Positions 39,452 through 53,212 of a stretch of DNA of 64,000 nt are shown piece after piece (position 1 is the stretch's first letter; every line of letters begins with the position of its first letter). Under the pieces are notes generated by a model. That model ran no database searches. It worked only from the letters and a program-made list of their open reading frames with translations, and had not been told where the DNA came from. The position numbers and the translations under genes were made by a program. Source of the stretch: Octopus vulgaris (Eukaryota); NCBI GenBank assembly GCA_951406725.2, contig OX597817.1, forward strand, positions 134,292,001-134,356,000. Direction: 5' to 3'.

Positions 39452-40234
39452 TATATGTATGTATATACGTATAGAATTGAGTATAAATATTGAGTTAAGA
39501 ACCAATTTTAGAGAGATAAAAAGCGAAGGTCACACCAAGGACTCGAACCCACATCTCCTCTAAGCATGACTTGCGTTCAGCAACATACATTTCTCGCTGG
39601 TACGAATAAAATTTCTAAAATGCATGAAGAAATTCGATTGCCTGGCTCCAATGGTTGAACACCTGCCAGGTTTACTGGAGACGTGAGTTCCAGTTCACCT
39701 TATTCACCTTTTTTTAACCCAATATATTCACAAGTTATTATCTGTAGCTTTATCTAAATCGAGAATCACCGTTCCTTAAAAAAAATACTGTTTTCACGTT
39801 CCCGAAGGTTCTTCATTCTTTCTTGAAAAACCAAGAAGAATGCGGCTCTATCTGGAAACACGATAAAAGGCGAGTAGTTGAATAGAAAGAGAAAAGGCAG
39901 AACGAGAAGGCAAAAATTAAACAAAAACAGAAAATGGAATAATGGAAACAAAATGAAACGGAGATTTGCGACCTCTTTGTCCATGGAAGGCATTATAAGT
40001 ATAGCAGGTGTAGGATACTTCAAGGGAGCAGGCCAATATATGCGAGACAGCAGGGAGTGGTGTCTTTCAGTTCTACAAAAGAAATTTGTCCATGCGCTTC
40101 CATTTGCTAACATTTTCGCATCTGCAATTAAGTAATGCGGGGGAATTCTTGAATGGTGTATTTGTATGTTGATCTCACCAACAGCACAGTTAACTGTATA
40201 CATAAAAGTATATTCATACACATAGCTGCCAATA

Positions 40235-40455
40235 TGTATCTTGTGATTGTATCAGTCATTAGACTGCGGCCATGCTGTGGCACCGCCTTGAAAAATTTTA
40301 GTTGAACAAATCCACCCCTAAGTTTTCTGAAAGTTGGCAAATCCTCTCGGGAATCTATAGCAGAATACACTTGTTCTAGGTGCCACGCAGCGGGATTGAA
40401 ATGAGAACCATATGGCTTGGAAGTAAACTTCTTACCACACAGGCACGCCTGCACT
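40235..40455 (-). mobile_element. SINE family A, internally deleted
   Basis: Tail CAGTCATTAGACTGCGGCCATGCTG and head CTTACCACACAGGCACGCCTGC. Confidence 0.75.
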
Positions 40456-42015
40456 TCTGCTACAAACATTATTAAAATTATTATTTGTATAATACAAAAT
40501 CTAAGTAATGTTATTCAGTACGAGAAACTTTCTTCTGCTGTCTTTTATGAAATGTTGAATTGGCGTGAGAACGGACTCTGACCTCTCATATCTCATCAAA
40601 TGACAGCCAATACACCGTTCACGCGATTCATTCAATCGTAGCCTGCTTCATATCATTCCAGTTTGCTATTTCAGTTAATTGTATGTTTTTGTTTATTTGT
40701 TTTATTGTATGGTTTATTTTTGTTTTTCTCCTACTATAACATATAACTTATGTCCTTTTGCAAACACTCAGCTCTCTGTTTTTCATTTCGTTTTCCTTAT
40801 CCGCATCAAAACACGTTTTGTGCTTTATACATGAGGAGGACAACACCCGCAACGGTTTTCAGTGAATCTGAGACAAATAAAGGAACGTTTTATGTCGAGG
40901 ATTATTTTTAGGCTGAAGACCTGGACGTAGGAAAATAGTGACCTTTAATAATGGTTTCCTAGGACCAGATATGGATGCTAAACAAGACCATAATACTACT
41001 ATAGGTCGGCTCCCAAACTCACATACTGTCGATTCAAAGGATTTTTGCAGCTCCATTAGCAGCATTTTGGGTTAAAATATTAGATCGAAAAACGTTTACC
41101 CAAGTTGCAACGCTGTGTAATTGAAACCGGAGCATGCTGTCTTGCAAGGGTAAGGAGATAGGGGGTGCAGGGGCAGAAAATTCACCCTAAAACTTTTTGG
41201 TGGAGGTGGGATGTAAACGTTTTGAACATCCTCCTGGAAAACTTCATCGCCAAAACGAAGAAGCATGGAAACATTTTTGGACTGACTCGAAGCATTATTT
41301 TTCTATTAATAGAATTAAATGATTTGGTTGATGTACAAATCTGATAATTATTATCATCGTGATTATACCGGTGTTTCTCTTGATATTAAGATTGACAAAA
41401 AACCAACCTTGTTTTTAAAATATTTTGGACACAAGTTTCCATCCCATAAAAAAAATTTCCTGCAATTATGTGCAAGGGAACATGTTAATCATTCAGCTAC
41501 ACTTGATTCCTACTCTTTTCTCGAATTTGTTTCGATAAATTATATACCATAAATATCAGTCATATTTTTGTGTCATTTATCCTACTTCACCAAAATGTGT
41601 CTTTAAATCAATAAGAGGTTATTTTCCGTCGCTACGCTTCCGCTAAAAATATTTGTTAATGAGGCATGTACCTTCATAATTTGTTCAAGGTGAAAGTCCT
41701 TATTTTACGCCTGTTTATCAATTTTATCTCCAGTTTCTTATGTTATCTTAAACCTAGATAAACGTCAGTTTATTCTTTTCCTTACCTGTCATTTATGAGC
41801 CTTAATACTAATGCTCATAATCACACATAGGTAATACACCAGTAATTCACATATATATATAGTCTTGTTTTTAAAGTGTGTCGCGTTGTGTAGACAGATG
41901 TGTACTTTAAATTTCCACATTTGAAATCAAAATTTGTTGATTACTATGGTGACAACACTACCTACCTACCGACCTATTTATTTCATACACACACACACAT
42001 ACACACACACACACA

Positions 42016-42063
<48 letters not shown>

Positions 42064-42339
42064 CTTTATTTTCCTCTTAATTTTTCTTCCCCGCGTCTTA
42101 AAAAAATACGCTATGACGTATATTTTGATTCCTCGCCTTATTTCACTTTCGCTAAATTATTGATATTGTGACGTAGCTCCACCTCCCTTTTATAATATAA
42201 GATTAGAAACCAACATTTATAAGCCCCTATTTAAAAAAAGTTAATCGCTCTTCTACCGTTACTATTAGATTCGTTAGAAGTTATAATAATAGAAGCATTA
42301 GTTATAGTAATAGTAGCGTTAGTTTTAGTGATGATGAGT

Positions 42340-43368
42340 TCAACATCTGCCGAGGTGGACTTTGCCTTTTATTCTTTTATTCTTGTCTGTTGAGCAGTGG
42401 GTTCGCTGTAATCGACTTAACACTTCCCCTTAAAACTGCCGTCCTTCTAACAAAATGGTAACTCTTTCTGCTATAGGCACAAGGTCTGCAATTTGCGGGA
42501 AGGGCGCTAGTCGGCTACATGGACCCCAGTGCTTGACTGGTACTTAACTTATCGACTCCGAGAGTATAAAAAACAAATTTGACCCCAGCCGTATTTGACC
42601 TCGGAATGTAAAGCTGAAAGAAATACCAGGAAGTGGCTTTTGTCTGACGCACTAAAGACTATCATTTCACCGCCTTAATAATAATAACAATGGTTTCAAG
42701 AGTTGGCACGAGGCGAGATAGGAGGGAAACGATTACATCCATCCCAGTACTTAATTGGTACTTATTTCATCGGCCCCGAAAGGATAAAAAGCAAAGTGGA
42801 CCCCGGTAACATTTGAATCCCGAATGGAAAAACGGGCGAAATGCTGCTAAGCATTTTGCAAGGCGTGCAAACGATTTTGCCAGATCGCTAACTTAGTAAC
42901 AACAATAATAATAATCGTTTCTACTATAGGCACAAGGGCTGAAATTAGAGGGTGGGGAGGGAGCCAATCGATGATATCAACCCCAGTACAAAAATGTTAC
43001 TTAATTTATCGATCCCGAAAGAATGAAAGGCAAAGTCGACTTCGGCGGAATTTGAACCCAGAACGTAGCGACGGGGAAAATACTGTTAAGCATTTCATCC
43101 TGCCATCTCACGGGTATAGTAATAATAATAATAATAATAATTATTATCATTATTATCCTTTCTACTGGAAGTACAAGGCCTTAAATTTAGGGGGAAGAGA
43201 TTAAGTCGATTACATCAACCACAGTGCGTAACTGGTACTTATTTAATCGATTCCGAAAAGATGAAAGTCAAAGTCGACCTCGGCGGAATTTGAAGTCAGA
43301 ACATGAAGACGGACGAAATACCGCAAAGCATTTTGCCGGCGTGCTAACGATTTTGCCAGCTCGCCGCC
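42340..43368 (-). mobile_element. Cluster of SINE family B: four head-to-tail minus-strand copies separated by (TAA)n, plus one plus-strand fragment
   Basis: Copies at ~42465-42676, 42690-42895, 42915-43115 and 43157-43368 share CTGGTACTTA..TCGA..CCGAAAG.ATGAAAG.CAAAGTCGAC. The core resembles the Meta/MESC SINE domain (recalled, not searched). Confidence 0.85.
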
Positions 43369-43401
43369 ATAGTTATACTAATAAAAATAATAATAATAAG
43401 T

Positions 43402-43700
43402 TCTTTTATTGGCCACAGGGGCCCAAGACATGGAGAACAATGTCGAAGGACGGGTTGTAGTGCACAAAACAAAACACAAAATGCAAAACAAATGCAGGTG
43501 GAGTTTACATCGACCAAAGGAAAATACTACCACATTAAGGGATATATAACAGAAATTAGAGAAATAAATAAATAAATAAATAGAATCCCCAATAGCGGGG
43601 TAGTCCACTTAGGACAAATCGGGGTAAACCCCACGCAAAAATCCCGGATAACTGCCATTCTCAAGGCATATGAAAGTTTTTCCCTCCTAATTAAAAAAAA
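43402..43700 (-). mobile_element. 3' UTR fragment of an L1/Tx1-type element
   Basis: Minus-strand end GGGCCCCTGTGGCCAATAAAAGAA. Confidence 0.5.
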
Positions 43701-45302
43701 ACATGCTCAAATTCGATCGGTAGTGGTAGTAGTAGTAGTAGTAAAACTGGCGAAATAAACATATCTAGAATAAAAAAATATATTAAAGGGACAAATATCT
43801 GAATTGAGTTTAACATTTGCAAGTAAAACGACAGAAGCGGTAAAAATGTCACTGCTTCCACATCATCTGCAGTCGTGTGTTGAATAAGGAAACAAACTAG
43901 AGTCGGTGTGTAGAGAGACACATGACTGGCGTGCGGCGGAGGTAACCATTGCTGAATAATGTTGTCTTACAATCGATATATAATGCTGTTGTCTTTATTG
44001 ACGTGTGTCTTACTTGCTCTGCTCTTACACATTTACGTTCTGAGAGAAAGAGAAAAAGATAAATAAACAATGATAGAATTGGATGAGAGAGAGGGAGGAG
44101 GGAGAGAGAGACAGCAAGTGTGAGAGAGAGAGAAAGAGAGAGGCCGTGTGTCTGTGTGTCCGAGGACGTGTGCAGATTTAATGTTTGTAAAGATCCAAAA
44201 TGATCTCCCTCTAAATCCGTTTTATAGATTCCAAATGAAAGCAGAGATAATTGCATTTTTTGGAGGCCCCTGCTCAAGTGCTCTTCTTTGGAACGTTAAA
44301 TAAGAAGCGAGGAGAAAACATTTTATGAGCTAACTCTCAACTACTAATGTCTTGTAAGTAGTCTGTGAGGTCGTTTTATGGTTGACGTAATCATGACTTG
44401 TATTAAATGTTTAATGGTTTCTACCTCCGAGTTCAGTCCCTCCAGGAATCGGTTTTCCGTATCTTTTTTTTTATGACGTTCATAAAATAAGAATTTATTA
44501 CTTAAGCACTGGAGCCAACTATCAAGACGACGGTGGAGTCGATTGAATCAAATCTGGCCTCATTCATTTATTTCATCAAATGAATCCAAACTGCGGGAAG
44601 AGATTTATCGACATTAAGATCATCGTTAAGTGGATGAGAGATAAACGTGCTTCTGGATAGAACGATAGTCTATCGCATGTAGTTTAACTTGCCCTAAGAA
44701 CTGTACTTGGAACCTAACTTACCTTATATTCACATGTTATGGTTTGCAAGTTGTGTTGTTAGGACAGCCTTTGCGGCAGTTGTAACGAAGCCGGCGAAGA
44801 ATCTGACAAGGACAATGGCAACGGCGAGGATTATGTTGACGGCGATGAAGGAAAAAACAATTGCTGCTGCTGTAGCTATTGACGAAGATGTTTGATATAT
44901 CTAGGTCGATTCTAGACACCTACCTCAACCTAGGTTCATCAACTGATAGCCGTTGGTGCCGCATGTTATGGCCAGTCATACCACTAGGACTCCCTTGGTA
45001 CACGCCACCAATGGAAATGAAATTAATAGACACTCGATTGGCATTTCAATTTACGCGCATAAATCCGTATCAAATCGCACAAATTCTGAAGTGACTGCAC
45101 GTTTGTTTGATCTGTGAGAAATAACAGACAGAACTCCTTTAAATATTTTAAATGATAGACATATTGGATAATGTAATCTAATATAGATGTGTTGAACACA
45201 ATATTAAGTGGCCATGTATGGAACGCTATGAACTCTAGGAATGACTTTATATTAAACAAAAGCAACAATACTCTCCTTTTAATATGAATATAAGGGAATT
45301 AA

Positions 45303-45618
45303 GGAGGCGAGCTGGTAGAGTCGTTAGCACGCCGGAGAAAATGCTTAGCGACATTTCATCTGTCGTTACGTCCTTAGTTCAAATTCCGCCGAGGTCCTCT
45401 TTGCCTTTTATCATTTCAGGGTCGATAAAATAAGTACCAGTTAAGCCCTGGGCTCAATGCAAAACCAACTCACCCCCTTCCCGAAATTATGGATCTTGTG
45501 TGAAAATTTAAAACCAATAATAACATAAGAAACGGAGAGCTGGCAGGAGCGTTAGGACGCCGGACAAAACGTTTAGTGGTATCTTGTCCGTCTTTACGTT
45601 CTGAATTCAAATTCCGCC
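45303..45618 (+). mobile_element. Two tandem SINE family B copies (second truncated)
   Basis: GGAGGCGAGCTGGTAGAGTCGTTAGCACGCCGG..GTTCAAATTCCGCCGAGGTC..GGGTCGATAAAATAAGTACCAG. Confidence 0.85.
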
Positions 45619-45773
45619 AAACTTGGCAGATACACGTCTCATACCCAAACCTTCATTGATAATGCACTGAACTGAACCGTAACTAATCTACACATCCTCT
45701 GATAACTCACTGATGGTAATTCGACGATTTCCCCTCACAGCTACACGTACATCTGCGATATTTTTCTCAGTTC
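45618..45773 (-). pseudogene. Mariner transposase internal fragment
   Basis: NIADVRVAVRGNRRITISELSEDV*ISYGSVQCIINEGLGMRRVSAKF. Confidence 0.75.
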
Positions 45774-45774
45774 T

Positions 45775-45902
45775 GCTGGCTGGTATCGAACTCGGAACCT
45801 TGGGGTTAGAAGCCCGCGTTCTTAACTACTACGCCATATGCCCGTGTAAATGTAAATAATATAATGTACAAAATTCCTCATCTCTTAAATATAGAACTGT
45901 AT
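45775..45902 (-). mobile_element. tRNA-like head of a repeat element
   Basis: GGGCATATGGCGTAGTAGTTAAGAACGCGGGCTTCTAACCCCAAGGTTCCGAGTTCGATACC with A and B boxes. The acceptor stem is not closed, so this is not called a tRNA gene. Confidence 0.6.
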
Positions 45903-46045
45903 TAAACATACTTTACAGTCAGACGAAAGCAGCCGAAACTTCTACTGTCAATCTTTTCTTTCAAATATGCAATAAATATGTTGACACTCTTCTGTAACTA
46001 TACATACAATCAAACACTATCTGTTTGTGTGTGTGTCCGTGCATG

Positions 46046-46080
<35 letters not shown>

Positions 46081-46485
46081 ATGTTTGTGTGCTATGATTT
46101 CACTTAGTAATAGCGATAATAAATAACCATCAGTTAGAACTTAATATATTTATGCTTTAGAGTTAAGTCAGTTGAGGACAAAGCGTAATAGGGATTACTG
46201 AATGACAAACGTAATCCCTTTTATTGGCTTATACATACATACATACATACATACATACATACATACATACATACATACATACATACATACATACATACAT
46301 TGCAACTTACACATCATATATAGGAAACTTTTTTACCACTTCTATACACCATTTTCCTCGAATAATGGAACAGCAACTACAATATCTTTATGTATATTAT
46401 TTCTACTTTCATTCACTTATTTCCTTCTCTATTCCCTATCTCATCCTTTTCCACAATAATTCGAACTCAAATATTTTCTCACACC

Positions 46486-46530
46486 GTCTCTGAAGGGATA
46501 TCCATTTTACCCCAGAAACAGCTGTAAGAC
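46486..46530 (+). ncRNA. Degenerate hammerhead-like motif
   Basis: GTCT-CTGAAGG..-GAAAC-AGCT-GTA-AGAC; palindromic stem III; CUGANGA core is mutated. Confidence 0.4.
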
Positions 46531-46589
46531 TATTTCATTATAAATGTCCTGAAAACTCCTTACACCCTTAGCTTTGTTATCCCATTCTG

Positions 46590-46641
<52 letters not shown>

Positions 46642-46741
46642 TGATAGAAATGATAAGGCAGCAAAAAATGAAAGAGACCTGGAGATGTAAATAGAGGAAT
46701 TTATCTGTAAATGTAATATGTGACAATTATTCGGTAGCCAT

Positions 46742-46802
46742 GATAAAACTTCGAGTTTTGGATATCGGGGCGGAAATCCATGCCGCCATCTCTTCAGTTA
46801 TC
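46742..46802 (-). ncRNA. Degenerate hammerhead-like motif
   Basis: GATAA-CTGAAGA-(GGCGG..CCGCC)-..C-AAAA-CTCGAAG-TT-TTATC; GAAA is mutated to AAAA. Confidence 0.4.
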
Positions 46803-46826
46803 CAGCCATCGTAAAAATGTGTATGC

Positions 46827-46864
<38 letters not shown>

Positions 46865-47773
46865 CATACACATTTTGATACTAATTATTTGTTTCTTGAA
46901 ATAATTCATTAAACTAACCTATTTCATTTAAACTAATTAGCCACTTTTTCCTTCATACGCTGTTAGTCTCGTGTTTAAAACGACACATTACAAAAATCCA
47001 CATACAACAGCAACACACATCTTATATTACATGTTGCAGTCAAGATTATTTTCTCAGCAGTTTCTTTGTGGAAAGCAAGACAAGCCTACACCAGACATTT
47101 TCTTTTGTATGTATTTGAGAACAACGCAGGATCCATTCCGACTGGGTTTCCTCATATTCCAATCAATGTTTTTACAATTTCACTTCTCTCTTTTTGCTTC
47201 AGGTTCTTCTTTATCCTGTGTTCCGTGTATCATTATCAACTCCGGTTATCTTACGAAAGCGATTTCCCTCTTTTCAAAGATGTTATTATAAAGGATTACC
47301 ACCATTATTGACAAAACTTTGCTGAATAATAGACAAAGCGGAAACTAACGAGAGCAACACGTGACTATATAAAATCTGCTTGGTTGTGCTATGAAATGGT
47401 GTTTGCTGCAGCTTATCTGTGTCCACAAAGCTAATGTTTTGATAATGTGTACGTGTGTATATGAGTATGTGCGCATGTGTTGTTGAGTACGAATGTGCAC
47501 AGTATGTGAGAATATGTGTATATATTTGCACACAAGGATAAGATGCAAGGTGGAGAGGAGAGAGCTTGGAGGAGAAAACGAGTCTTCGGATTATGGAAAA
47601 CGTGTGAGGAGAAAACGGAAGTTAGTGTGTGAGTGCGCTTATGTATGCGTGGATTTATGTATACCTATGTGTATGTGTGAAGTGTGAATGTGCCTGTGTG
47701 TGTGTGCTTGTGACGAGATGTATGTGTATATATAGTTGTATGTGTGCGTGGATTCGTGTGTGAATTGGCCGTA

Positions 47774-48484
47774 TTAATGAGTGATGAATAGAATAAGAAA
47801 TAGGACATAAAGAGAAGTGGTAGGAAAGATCGAGAGGGAGGGAAGGGAAAGAGTGAAAGTGAGAAAGAGAGGAAAAGAAAGATAGAGAGTAGGGGAGATC
47901 ATATTCAAGAGATAGAGGTAGAGGTGTAATATAAGATAGACTGAGATGTTAAGGAGGAAGATGACAGAACAGAGAAACAGAGCAAGGGGGGGATAGAAAG
48001 AAACAATGAAGACAGAAAGGGGGGGGGCTAAAAAGGGAAGAAAGAGAAGAAAAAGAAAACAGGAAGAAAGAAGAGATGCAGAGGAAAAGTAACATTCAGG
48101 AGGTGAGTGGTAGTGAGAGGAAGAGAAGAGACGGGAAAAGACAGGGAAAGGAAGAAAAAAAAAGAAAGAAAGACAATAGTAAACTAGAGAGAAAGGGATC
48201 AATAACGGATGGTGGCGGTGGGAGAGAAAAGCAACGAATGAAGAAATAAAGGAAAGTGAAAGATGGCGGAAATGAAGTTAACAGGAAGGAGTGATAGTAA
48301 GAGGAAGAAGAGGGTGAGACGAAGAGAAAAGAACCACAACAGCAACATCAACAACAACGTTAAATCTAAAAGCAGCAGCGAAGTGTGAGAGAATGAAGAA
48401 AATACGGAGGTGCAGAATGTTGGGTGGGGAATGAGAAGAGAAGGAAAAAGAAGGAATGAGAACCAGGAAAGGAAGAAAGGAAAG

Positions 48485-48487
<3 letters not shown>
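47774..48487. repeat. Purine-rich (GA) low-complexity tract
   Basis: Directly visible. Confidence 0.8.
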
Positions 48488-48537
<50 letters not shown>

Positions 48538-48555
48538 GTACATATATACATACAT

Positions 48556-49424
48556 AGAGTCGTAAGTTATGGCGTTGGTCGGGATTTTTGTCGTGTGTTG
48601 GATTTGTGAAATTTTGATTGTGTACTGTTTTGCAGCGGTTTATGGGGTTGAGCTGTCCCTCAACATTTTGAGGAGAGATGGCTGAATTTTATTCAGACTT
48701 AAGTGAATCAGTGGTGGTGTATTCAGAACTGTTGTCGTCTGAAGAGGAGCTTGTGGAAGCTGTAAAAAGGGACAAGGTTTTAAAGGAGAAAACTTTTGCG
48801 GATGTGACGGAGGTGCCAAAGAAAGAGGTAAGCCTCAAAAACTTTTAAAATTTTGAAAAAATGTTAAAAAAATGAAGGTGGTAAGGTGAAACTGTCACCA
48901 CCACAAGAAATCCTAATGAAAATGGAAGAAAGGAAAAATGTGTATAAGGTTTATTCTATCAAGGAGAAAAAGATGAGAAAATTAACAGACAGAAGAAATT
49001 TAAAAGGCGTTGAGGCCAATCTGGCAAACATGACGTATCTTGCCAGAGGAAGCCAATACGGCACTGTTGAGTAATATTTCAAGAACAAAGAGAAAGCGAA
49101 AGAAAACTCTGTAAAATCATCGATGAAAACGGAAAGGATAATCCTCCTACCCACCTACATTGGAAGAAGAACTTCCAAGGTCAGGGTGGAGGGAATCTCT
49201 GCTGAAATAGACGTGGCTTGGGTGGCAGCGGCTCTCTTTCTAGGAAGCGAGAAAGAGGTCGCCGTACTCCAAGCCACAGAAACGGAAGCCACTAATTGGC
49301 ATAGAAAAATTCTGTAAATTATATATACAAAGCAAAGTAGGAAATTTAGAGAAGCTTGCAGAAACAGTGACAGTCGGAGAAACAATAATGAAAATGTGGA
49401 TAGAAGGCGAAATCCCTCGTTGGT
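48556..49424 (+). mobile_element. Second, diverged copy of the ORF1-type element, truncated at a SINE
   Basis: MAEFYSDL..SSEEELVEAV; RGSQYGTVE; RRTSKVRVEGISAEIDVAWVAAALFLGSEKEVAVLQATETE. Homologous to 8420-9150. Confidence 0.8.
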
Positions 49425-49781
49425 ACTCTCTCTTTCTCTTTTTTACTTGTTTCAGTTATTTGACTGCGGCCATGCTGGAGCACCGCCTTTAGTCGAGCAA
49501 ATCGACCCCGGGATTTATTCTTTGTAAGCCCAGTACTTATTCTATCGGTCTCTTTTGCCGAACCGCTAAGTGACGGGGACGTAAACACACCAGCATCGGT
49601 TGTCAAGCAATGCTAGGGGGACAAACACAGACACACAAACATACACACACACACACACACTTATATATATATACATATATACGACAGGCTTCTTTCAGTT
49701 TCCGTCTACCAAATCCACTCACAAGGCATTGGTCGGCCCGAGGCTATAGTAAGCTACTTACCACACAGCCACTCCTGCGCC
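49425..49781 (-). mobile_element. SINE family A, young, with an internal deletion spanning the B box
   Basis: Nearly identical to 60624-61035, except the AGAAGACAC..GGTTAGC segment is missing. Confidence 0.92.
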
Positions 49782-49849
49782 TAAATATATATCTAAATAT
49801 TATTCATATTATTATATGATCGAACGCCACGCATTCTTTTCTAATTAAG

Positions 49850-49898
<49 letters not shown>

Positions 49899-50140
49899 CA
49901 TGTATATATATATATATATACATGTATATATATATATATATACATGTATATATATATATGTATATATATATATACATATATATATACACACATATACATG
50001 TATATATATATATATACACACATATACATGTACATATATATATATATATATACACACACATATACATGTATATATATATATATATATATACACACACATA
50101 TACATGTATATATATATATATATACACACACATATACATG

Positions 50141-50172
<32 letters not shown>

Positions 50173-50205
50173 TATACATGTATATATATATATATATATA
50201 CACAC

Positions 50206-50238
<33 letters not shown>

Positions 50239-50326
50239 TGTATATATATATACATATACATATATACACACACATATACATGTGTATATATATACATATA
50301 CATATATACACACACATATACATGTG

Positions 50327-50375
<49 letters not shown>

Positions 50376-50423
50376 GTATATATATACACACACATATATA
50401 TATATATACACATGTATATATAT

Positions 50424-50491
<68 letters not shown>

Positions 50492-50497
50492 TATATT
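49850..50497. repeat. TA-based minisatellite with a recurrent ACACACATATACATGT unit
   Basis: Directly visible. Confidence 0.9.
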
Positions 50498-51724
50498 GTA
50501 TTTGTGTGTGCGTGCGTGTGAAACTGTATACAGAAAGAGGGAGAACCGGAGTGAGAGAGGTGGGAGAGCGCGAATTAGTATTTTTAGTAACAGCAACAAC
50601 TATGACGTCCACTCCATCGGTTCCCCAAAAGCACCAGCAACTCGACATATTTTCATTTATATTTATTTACTGCTATAGTTCAGACATTTGTTTGTTTCTT
50701 TTGACCTAATCACGTGTGCTCAGCTATTTTTAGAAGTGACATTTCGCTGTCTTCAGGACTTCATTGTCTTCACATGGAAAACGGTCGTCCATGAAATCGT
50801 TCAAGAATCTCTTCTTTTTATTTGTAATTATTTTTTCTTTGAATATTGGATGGTTATTATTTCCGAGAACCTCTCTCCCTCTCTCCCGTCTCTGCCTCTT
50901 TCTCTCTCCTTCTCTCTCTCCCTCTCTTTCTGGGAATCATTTTTTCTAAATACCACGTTATTGCAACCAATGTAATCACACAGAAGAACCAAAAGCGAAA
51001 ACCAAAAAAACTTTGTGCAACCCTCTCAACCAGCCGTTCTTGGTTTCGTTATTTACTTCTCGTGGTTTCAGTCGGAATAATACATTAAACATTTCGATAG
51101 AATTTCTTTTCTTCTACAGGCAGAAAGCCTGGAATGTTCGGGAAGAGGAGATAAGTCGCCTGATATTTTGATAGATTATCAATCCTTAGTTAAACGGCTG
51201 AATCAATTATCTGGCGTTCCTTGGTCAGAAATCTCTATCAATAGGCTGATGAGGGAATTAAGATTATTATGTCGTATTGACTTAAAGATATTAACCGCAA
51301 TAGCAAATTCCATTCTATAATCTAATTACACGAATACCAGTTTTACAACAATGAACACTGTCTCGTTGGAGTGAATGTTTACACCCAAGCTGGAGAAGTT
51401 CACGAGAAATACCTGTGGAATATGTTGAGAAAGAAGGCCGGGCAGTCGTATTATCTACAAGTTATTGATCTTGATCGAAAAGATCAATGATTGAATGTTC
51501 CAATTGAGATTATTACATCTTTCAGACATAGTGTATCCAGGACTAAATTATCAAATGTGACTTTCATTTTTTCTTCTTTTTTTTTTTTGCAATGCACTGC
51601 TGTAATATCATGAGATATTTAGCTGTTCTTTGTAGCAGGTCCTGAGGCCACATAAAGACCCACGTGACGAGTGATTTTTATAGTAAGTGCCAAACCATAT
51701 CGCAAGAAATGCATTTTAATAATA

Positions 51725-51890
51725 AAAGCAACTTCGCTAAATCATTAGAAACTGGGAAAATGCTTTGCGGCATTTCATCCATTTTTATGCTGTGAGTTTA
51801 AATTCCACCTAGGTCGGCATACCTTTCATCCTTTCAGGGTCGATAAATTAAGTATCAGTTGCTAGCCTTGTACCAAAATTCGAAACCAGT
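51725..51890 (+). mobile_element. SINE family B, diverged
   Basis: CCTTTCATCCTTTCAGGGTCGATAAATTAAGTATCAG core. Confidence 0.7.
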
Positions 51891-52314
51891 AATACAAGCT
51901 ACGAGCACTTACATCAGCGAACTTTCCGCCAAACTTATTGTTTTTTATTGATTGTTATTTGAGAAATGGAGACATTCAACTCGCAGAGGAATGTGCTTAG
52001 TTAAAGGTCTCAAAGTTTGCAGTGAATTCTTTCTCGTTTGTTTAATGTTTCACAAAGAAAATAATCGGTGGAGTGTCGTCGATGATTTGGCATAATAGTT
52101 TAATTCTACAATATCGTTTCTAACATTGTCGGATACTATATCGTCCTGATACTTACTTTAACGTGTTAATAAAAGATGAGGTTGGCTTAGGCAGAATTTG
52201 AACTTAGAACATGAAAGGTCTAAACATATAACATACAAAGGTATATTGTCCGATACTCTAACAATACTGCCAATCAACCCCACTTTTTTTTAAATTCTGT
52301 GTATATTGTAGAAT

Positions 52315-52505
52315 AAGATGGCAGTTGCCAAAATTATTAGCACGTCGAACAAAATGCTTAGCGACATTTATTCCAGCTCAAATACTACTTTTCAAATACT
52401 ACCGAGGTTAACTTAGCTTTTCATCGAATCGGAGTCGATAAAATACATGCCACGTAAGTACGGGCATCAATGTAATCGACTTGTCCCCTTCCTCAAAATT
52501 GCTAG
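52315..52505 (+). mobile_element. SINE family B, diverged
   Basis: TTAGCACGTCGAACAAAATGCTTAGCGACATTT..GGAGTCGATAAAATA..ATGTAATCGACTT. Confidence 0.65.
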
Positions 52506-53212
52506 CAACGGTCTGGTGTCCTGTTGAAGGGAATGTTCTGATCCCGGTAACTTACACAACCATAGAGACTAAGTTATCACCCATACGAATCCACCGGGTT
52601 CAAGCCAGATGTGGAGGCATGCATTGTTACAGCACATTGTTGTATTCCTCATCTGTCAGTATATTCCCGGATCCTCCCAAGTGACCCCTCAAGCAGGTCC
52701 CAGTCAGTTACAATCTCTACAAGATAACCTCCTCATCTGCCGTGGCCATATGGCATGTGGTCGACTAACATGAAGCGTCAATCCAACCGAATCTTTAGTG
52801 AAGGGGACACGGTTAGCAGGGTCTAACACGGAAAATCGAGTCACATGGCCACACAGTCAGTTAGCGCTCCCAAGTCATGCAAGTAGTGTGACGCATCCCA
52901 GTTTCTGAGTAAAGTCACTGATTGGATGCGAAATAAGATAAATGGTAACCCATAATTCTGCAAAGCGTCCTGGTACCAAAGGCGTTCAGGTGACTCCTGA
53001 GGGCCCCAGACGAAGTTTCACAACTATACAGAGAGACAGGAAGTACCAGAAACCTGAAGACCCGAAACATTATCCTCTTGCTCGGATATTCTAGATCTCG
53101 AGAAGACTAAACAAAACATTGTGGAATATCTCACTGCAAACCATCATAACTTTTAGGACATATTTTTGAACAGCATGATAGAATGCGATAGACGCATAAT
53201 GAATGTTTAATT

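Noticed and set aside
39766-40221. 151-aa minus-strand ORF
   Set aside because: Half is low-complexity F/L-rich sequence; no recognisable domain.
44707-45094. Short overlapping ORFs with hydrophobic or Cys-rich translations
   Set aside because: No domain or convincing splice structure; looks like a decayed trinucleotide-rich tract.
45775-45845. Possible tRNA gene
   Set aside because: A and B boxes are present but the acceptor stem does not pair; it is a repeat-derived head.
47000-47330. Possible RTE-like coding remnant on the minus strand
   Set aside because: Too degenerate to assign.
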